A DNA stretch of 64,000 nt, taken from the NCBI GenBank assembly GCA_032128875.1, contig JAVLKG010000006.1, positions 224,001-288,000 of the forward strand, read 5' to 3'. This DNA comes from Candidatus Melainabacteria bacterium 17Bon1m. GTDB taxonomy: Bacteria; Cyanobacteriota; Vampirovibrionia; Obscuribacterales; Obscuribacteraceae. This document shows positions 59,005 through 64,000 of the stretch, in pieces. Each line of letters starts with the position of its first letter. The first letter of the stretch is position 1. The notes under the pieces are model-generated. The model made no database searches and was not told the DNA's origin. It saw only the letters and a list, made by a program, of their open reading frames with translations. Position numbers and translations under genes: made by a program.

Positions 59005-59349
59005 ATGAATAATATCGCTGATGTAGTTGTTAAGGCTGAAATGCTTGAAGAACGCGGCGAGTATCGTAAAGCTGAGCGCATGTACAAAAAGGCGCTCGTT
59101 ATGCAAGAAAAGGCTGTAGGCGAAGATCATCCTGAATTGGCTGATTACCTCTATAACCTCGGCATGATTCAATGCGCTCTAGACAAGAACACCGACGCCG
59201 AACGAGTCCTCAACCGTCTTTTGACACTGTTGCAGGATGACGCTGCCGAGCGCGATTACGATGCTCAGGAGATTGTTCTTCTTCTCGATTCCATTCGCAA
59301 TGGCAACGAAGAAGACGAAATCCAAGAATTGCAAGCCGCAACAGCGTAG
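59005..59349 (+). CDS. Small TPR protein
   Basis: GEYRKAERMYKKAL...GEDHPELADYLYNLG; AAGGAGG RBS. Confidence 0.85.
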   Translation: MNNIADVVVKAEMLEERGEYRKAERMYKKALVMQEKAVGEDHPELADYLYNLGMIQCALDKNTDAERVLNRLLTLLQDDAAERDYDAQEIVLLLDSIRNGNEEDEIQELQAATA

Positions 59350-59951
59350 AACACGTGCGCCGGGCGATGCATGGCATCGCCCCTGCCGGGACCGCATACG
59401 CGTTTTCAGCAGAAAAGCAAACTGTTCGAAGAGTGTGCTGTTTTACGAATGTACAGATCAAGAAAGTACTGATGAATAACGTACTGTTCTAGTGTCGTAC
59501 TGTTCCAAAAACTTGCAAACCTAGAACAACTTGTTTCTTAGTGCGTTGCTCTCAAGGCGTTGTTTAAGAACGACGCTGGCGACAAAAGACAAATGTGTTT
59601 CAGGAACTTAGTCCCCTGTTCCGTCGAACACTGTTATCAAATCCGAGTGGAAGTCCTCGTGCATTTGCGCGTTTAAGTACGCGTGGAAGCTCAAGGAAGT
59701 ACACAGAAGTGAATTGAGCCACTGTTTCAAGTGTTGGCGCTGAACCTTTCAGCTCACTTGAATCGAGTGAAACTTTTCAGTCCCAAATCATCTTTGTCGG
59801 CACTGAGCGTGTTCTCCGAGTCGGCAAGAGGAATAATGGCGCGTTTGCTTGACATGCCGTTGTCTGGCAATCCTGCCGGAATAACCCCCGTGACCCAAGG
59901 AATTTAGTACTCTATGGCTCTGAAACACCGTTCTTTCCAGGAGAGAGGAAA

Positions 59952-61622
59952 ATGGCCGAAGGAGTCAATGTGGGCACGCTGGCGCCGATTGAGGAAATCG
60001 CACAGGCATTGGGGCTTGCGAAAGAGGATATTGAGCAGTTCGGTCTCGGCAAAGCCAAAATCACATATGAGGCGATGTCACGGCTGCTTAGTGCCAAGGA
60101 CAAACGTGGGAAGCTTGTTCTTGTCACCGCCATAACACCGACTAAGGCCGGTGAAGGTAAAACCACAACCAGTATTGGCTTGGCGCAGGCGTTGTGGAAA
60201 CTCGGGAAGAAATCACTTGCAGCACTTCGCGAACCTTCACTTGGCCCGGTGTTCGGCATGAAAGGCGGCGGAACGGGTGGCGGTAAAGCGCAACTCGTTC
60301 CGATGGCTGATATCAACCTGCATTGCACCGGCGATTTGCACGCTATTACGACGGCGAACAACTTGCTCTCCGCGCTCGCTGATAACCATATCTTCTATGG
60401 CAATCAGCTCAATTTCGATTCGCGAACTATTCAGTTTAAACGCGCAATCGATATGAACGAACGCGCGCTAAGAGATATCGTGCAAGGTTTGGGCGGCAAG
60501 GGAAACGGCTACCCGCGTCAATCTAGCTACTTGATCACAGCGGCATCAGAGGTGATGGCAATTCTTTGCCTCGCCGATTCGATGGATGATCTAAAAGTAC
60601 GTCTAGGAAATATCCTCGTTGGACAAGACACTAAGGGCAAACCAATTCGCGCCGGAGATGTTGGCGGAGTCGGCTCAATGGCTGCGTTGTTGCGCGACGC
60701 ACTGAGACCCAACATCGTTCAAACATTCGAGAACACTCCTGCTTTTGTGCATGGCGGACCATTCGGCAACATCGCACACGGATGTTCCAGTGTTCTTGCA
60801 ACACGCATTGCTCTGCGAACTGCAGAAATTGTTGTTACTGAGGCAGGCTTCGGAGCAGACCTCGGTTTTGAAAAGTATTGCGACATCGTGGCTGCGCCCC
60901 GCTTGCCGGAATTGGCTCCAGATGCCGTTGTCATAGTAGTAACAGTAAAAGCGCTTAAGCTTCACGGTGGTGTCAGTGATGATGCTTTATCTGCGCCGAA
61001 TGCCGAAGCTGTGAAGACTGGTTTTGCCAACGTCGAGCGTCACGCCGGTATTGTTGCAAGAACACAAGTGCCGTTCGTGATCGCGATCAATAAATTCCAT
61101 ACTGACACAGAAGAGGAAATTAAGGCGATAAAAGATGCGTGCGCTGCAAAAGGTTGGCGTTGCGAAACATCGGACGTATTCGCAAAAGGCGGTGATGGTG
61201 CTATAGATTTGGCGAAGCTCGTCATCGAAGCCACGAATGAAAAGTCCACCTTCAAGCCGCTTGTAGACCAAGGTTTGCCCATCAAGGAAAAACTCAAGCA
61301 ATTGGCAGAGCGCGTTTATGGTGCCACATCGCTTGAGTACGATCAGGAAGCAGAAAAACAACTCAGGTGGATGAACAACAATGGCTACGGCAACTTGCCG
61401 GTTTGCGTCGCCAAGACTCAGTATTCGTTGTCGGACGATCCTCAGAAATTGAATTCGCCTCGTGACTTCGAGATGCGAGTGCGCGGATTTCAAGTTTCAT
61501 CCGGCGCTGGTTTTGTTGTCGCGCTCATGGGCGAGATCATGACATTGCCTGGATTGCCAAAACAACCCGCCGCCTTCAACATCGATGTCGATAACAACGG
61601 CGTTATCACCGGGCTTTTCTAA
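59952..61622 (+). CDS. fhs: Formate--tetrahydrofolate ligase
   Basis: TPTKAGEGKTT, REPSLGP.FGMKGG, HGGPFGNIAHG, AKTQYSLSD, IMTLPGLPK. Confidence 0.97.
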   Translation: MAEGVNVGTLAPIEEIAQALGLAKEDIEQFGLGKAKITYEAMSRLLSAKDKRGKLVLVTAITPTKAGEGKTTTSIGLAQALWKLGKKSLAALREPSLGPVFGMKGGGTGGGKAQLVPMADINLHCTGDLHAITTANNLLSALADNHIFYGNQLNFDSRTIQFKRAIDMNERALRDIVQGLGGKGNGYPRQSSYLITAASEVMAILCLADSMDDLKVRLGNILVGQDTKGKPIRAGDVGGVGSMAALLRDALRPNIVQTFENTPAFVHGGPFGNIAHGCSSVLATRIALRTAEIVVTEAGFGADLGFEKYCDIVAAPRLPELAPDAVVIVVTVKALKLHGGVSDDALSAPNAEAVKTGFANVERHAGIVARTQVPFVIAINKFHTDTEEEIKAIKDACAAKGWRCETSDVFAKGGDGAIDLAKLVIEATNEKSTFKPLVDQGLPIKEKLKQLAERVYGATSLEYDQEAEKQLRWMNNNGYGNLPVCVAKTQYSLSDDPQKLNSPRDFEMRVRGFQVSSGAGFVVALMGEIMTLPGLPKQPAAFNIDVDNNGVITGLF

Positions 61623-61648
61623 CTTTTTGTGAGGTATTCAAGGTTCAA

Positions 61649-62686
61649 GTGGCACTTCCAAGAATAGACATTCATACGCACATTCTGCCGCGCGAAATTC
61701 CAAAGTGGAAAGAAGACTTCGGCTATGGCGGATTTATTTGTCTCGACCATCACTTGCCGTGTAAGGCGCGCATGCTCAAAGATGACGGGAAGTTTTTCCG
61801 CGAAGTTGAAAGCAACTGTTGGGACGGAGCACAACGCTTGCTTGAGTGCGATGGAGTTAATGTTGATGTACAGGTGCTCTCGACTGTTCCGGTGATGTTC
61901 AGCTATTGGGCGAAACCTCAAGATGGGCTCGCTGTCGCGAAATTCTTGAATGATGATCTCGCTGAAACGGTCAAAACAAACCCCTCACGTTTCGTAGGTC
62001 TTGGCACCTTGCCTCTTCAAGATCCAAAACTTGCGGTTAAAGAACTCGAGCGCTGCATGCGTGATTTGAAGTTTCAAGGAATTCAAATCGGTTCGCACGT
62101 AAATGAATGGAACCTCGATGATCCCGCGTTGTTCCCCGTGTTTCAAGCAGCGGAAGAATTGGGCGCTGCAATCTTTGTTCATCCATGGGAAATGATGGGC
62201 GAGGAGAAAATGCAGAAGTATTGGTTGCCGTGGTTGGTTGGAATGCCAGCGGAAACGACACGAGCGATTTGCTCACTTATATTTGGTGGAGTGCTTGAAC
62301 GCCTGCCAAAACTCCGTATCGCCTTCGCGCACGGGGGTGGCTCTTTCGGTTTTACCGTCGGGCGAATTCAGCATGGGTTCGATGTTCGTCCTGACCTTTG
62401 TGCCATCGACAACAAAATTCCACCGCGAGATTACCTTGGGCGCTTTTATGTGGATTCGCTTGTGCACGACAAAGAGATGCTGCGCCTGATTGTCTCTATT
62501 TTCGGTGAAGACAAGGTCGTCCTTGGCAGCGATTATCCTTTCCCACTGGGCGAGGATCGACCTGGAGAATTAATCGAATCGGTCAGCGAGTTCTCGGAGA
62601 CGACGAAGCGAAAGCTACTCTTCGATAACGCCGTAAACTGGTTGCAGGTGGACGCTTTGAGGTTTTCGACCGCCACCGCCCCTTAG
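61649..62686 (+). CDS. 2-amino-3-carboxymuconate-6-semialdehyde decarboxylase (ACMSD, amidohydrolase)
   Basis: IDIHTHILP, QVLSTVPVMFSYW, FVHPWEMMG, WLVGMPAET, AHGGGSF, GSDYPFPLGE. Confidence 0.88.
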   Translation: MALPRIDIHTHILPREIPKWKEDFGYGGFICLDHHLPCKARMLKDDGKFFREVESNCWDGAQRLLECDGVNVDVQVLSTVPVMFSYWAKPQDGLAVAKFLNDDLAETVKTNPSRFVGLGTLPLQDPKLAVKELERCMRDLKFQGIQIGSHVNEWNLDDPALFPVFQAAEELGAAIFVHPWEMMGEEKMQKYWLPWLVGMPAETTRAICSLIFGGVLERLPKLRIAFAHGGGSFGFTVGRIQHGFDVRPDLCAIDNKIPPRDYLGRFYVDSLVHDKEMLRLIVSIFGEDKVVLGSDYPFPLGEDRPGELIESVSEFSETTKRKLLFDNAVNWLQVDALRFSTATAP

Positions 62687-62740
62687 AAATAGACGTGAAT
62701 TGGGCATGATATAGAGACCGGTAACTGCCGGAATTGAAAA

Positions 62741-62844
62741 CCTGGGAGCGCCCACCGCTCGTGGGTTTTTGAGCGGAAACCTGGGAGCGCCGGCGACTCG
62801 CCGGCTTTCAATCGGAATCCTGGGAGCGCCGGCAGCTCGCCGGC
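62741..62844 (+). repeat. Three tandem REP family B palindromes, 39-bp period
   Basis: CCTGGGAGCGCC at 62741, 62780 and 62819, each followed by a GC hairpin. Confidence 0.85.
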
Positions 62845-62864
62845 TTTTCAAAAGGGAAAACAAC

Positions 62865-63431
62865 ATGCTAGTAGCTGATGTAATCATGTGGTTTTTAATC
62901 ATCGTTGGCATCTGCCTTGCCTTTCCTGCGCTCTGGCTTCTGTCGCGTGGATTGTATCCGCGCCAAGTGGAAAACATTGCTGACTATCTTGAAAAGAGCC
63001 TTGTAAAGCCATTCTTCCTCGGCTTGCCGATAGCGCTGGCGGCATTCTTCACTGTCGCGGCGCTGGGCGGTAAGAAAAGTCCTTTTATGGACATTGCGAT
63101 GTTTCTCATCCTTGGCGCGTTTCTCTTTTATGCAAACGTTGGCGTCGCCGGCTTTGCAACGATGATAGGTCGACGCCTTCCGTCGCCAGTTGATGCAGAA
63201 CGCCCATGGAAGTGCACAGTTCGCGGTGGCACCGCACTTGTTCTATCTTTTGTTTTTCCGTTTCTCGGATGGTTTTGCATTTTGCCATTTTCTTTGATCA
63301 TCGGTGCAGGGGCGCTGACAAACCGGTTGATTGCTAGCAGGAAAAAGCCTGGAGCTTTCGTCGTTCAGCAGCATGGTAGTGCCAAATCAGCAAAGTCCGA
63401 CGCTGACGAAGCAGTCGGTGCGGCAGGATAA
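62865..63431 (+). CDS. Multi-pass membrane protein
   Basis: Several TM helices; start moved to ATG 62865 because the upstream extension translates the REP array. Confidence 0.8.
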   Translation: MLVADVIMWFLIIVGICLAFPALWLLSRGLYPRQVENIADYLEKSLVKPFFLGLPIALAAFFTVAALGGKKSPFMDIAMFLILGAFLFYANVGVAGFATMIGRRLPSPVDAERPWKCTVRGGTALVLSFVFPFLGWFCILPFSLIIGAGALTNRLIASRKKPGAFVVQQHGSAKSAKSDADEAVGAAG

Positions 63432-63473
63432 CTGCGAATTTCTTATGTGAAACAAGTTTTTGCCGGTGAGTAA

Positions 63474-64000
63474 ATGACGAGCGAACTCAGTAGAAGAGAG
63501 TTTTTAGCCATCAGTACTTTGCTGGGGTGCGCACTGCCTCTTGCCGGTTGCAGCAATCTAAATGGCTACGTCGCTGACAGCTTTGGTGGCGGAATTCCAG
63601 AAAAGATATCTGTCCCAGACTCGCCGCAAATTGATCCTGCGTTTCACTTGATCTCGCGCGCAGGTTTCGGACCTTGGCCGGGCGATGTAGAACGTATCAA
63701 TAAGCAAGGCGCAAAAGCTTGGATAGAAGAACAGCTTGAGCCGGAAAGTATTGATGATAGGTTGTGCGATTTCCGCTCTAAACGTTTTGAAAGCGTCTTT
63801 CTCGACCCTGGCACTTGTTATGAGTTTAAGCGCGAGGCGTTGCGCAAAGACCTCTGTCGCTATCACTTGATGCGCAGTGTCTACAGTAAGCGTCAATTGC
63901 TAGAGTCGATGGTCGAATTCTTCAGCGACCACTTCAATATCTACATTGAAAAAGGTGACTGTATTTATTTGAAGGCGACTGACGATCGTTCTGTCATCAG
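63474..64000 (+). CDS. DUF1800 family protein with Tat/lipoprotein signal, truncated by the window end (not in ORF track)
   Basis: Manual translation: MTSELSRREFL...LAGC...HLISRAGFGP.PG...WIEEQL.P...RQLLESMVEFFSDHFN. Confidence 0.85.
   Translation, partial: MTSELSRREFLAISTLLGCALPLAGCSNLNGYVADSFGGGIPEKISVPDSPQIDPAFHLISRAGFGPWPGDVERINKQGAKAWIEEQLEPESIDDRLCDFRSKRFESVFLDPGTCYEFKREALRKDLCRYHLMRSVYSKRQLLESMVEFFSDHFNIYIEKGDCIYLKATDDRSVI

Noticed and set aside
59760-59951. ZTP (pfl) or THF riboswitch upstream of fhs
   Set aside because: Could not find the conserved core words (e.g. the CGCCUGGGC 3' stem)
62741-62844. Possible mini-CRISPR
   Set aside because: The 39-bp period is too short for repeat plus spacer, and single copies occur elsewhere as REP-like elements

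Overview
A gene-dense bacterial chromosomal window of roughly balanced GC. The abundance of secreted TPR/Sel1 and low-complexity proteins, degenerate MshEN-like repeats and a stand-alone rpsD suggests a non-photosynthetic cyanobacterial relative (Vampirovibrionia/Melainabacteria, Obscuribacterales-like); this is inference only. Recognisable genes: rpsD, fhs, hemH, xpt, msrB, an HtrA/DegP protease, ACMSD, a uracil-DNA glycosylase, a flavin amine oxidase, an LLM oxidoreductase, and several two-component and c-di-GMP proteins. I saw no rRNA, tRNA, CRISPR array or transposase. The top finding is at 48795-50138. Two ORFs that the track splits are in the same frame and separated only by one UGA inside a thioredoxin-fold motif (GHLDDRFC-UGA-TNARLARTVLF) closely resembling the selenocysteine motif of eukaryotic selenoprotein N, and a bacterial-SECIS-shaped hairpin follows immediately. 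This is a probable unannotated, secreted SelN-like selenoprotein of 447 aa. Other leads: a ferritin-like diiron enzyme plus TetR behind a PaaR-type operator; a MerR-like HTH + VIT-vWA operon with five TGACAGTA boxes; an anti-sigma-like/Roadblock fusion; a small Cys-motif peptide behind a structured leader; a structured rpsD leader; an RBS-sequestering hairpin before xpt; a Zn-finger/RHH module next to a (TCTT)11 microsatellite; and two REP-like repeat families.
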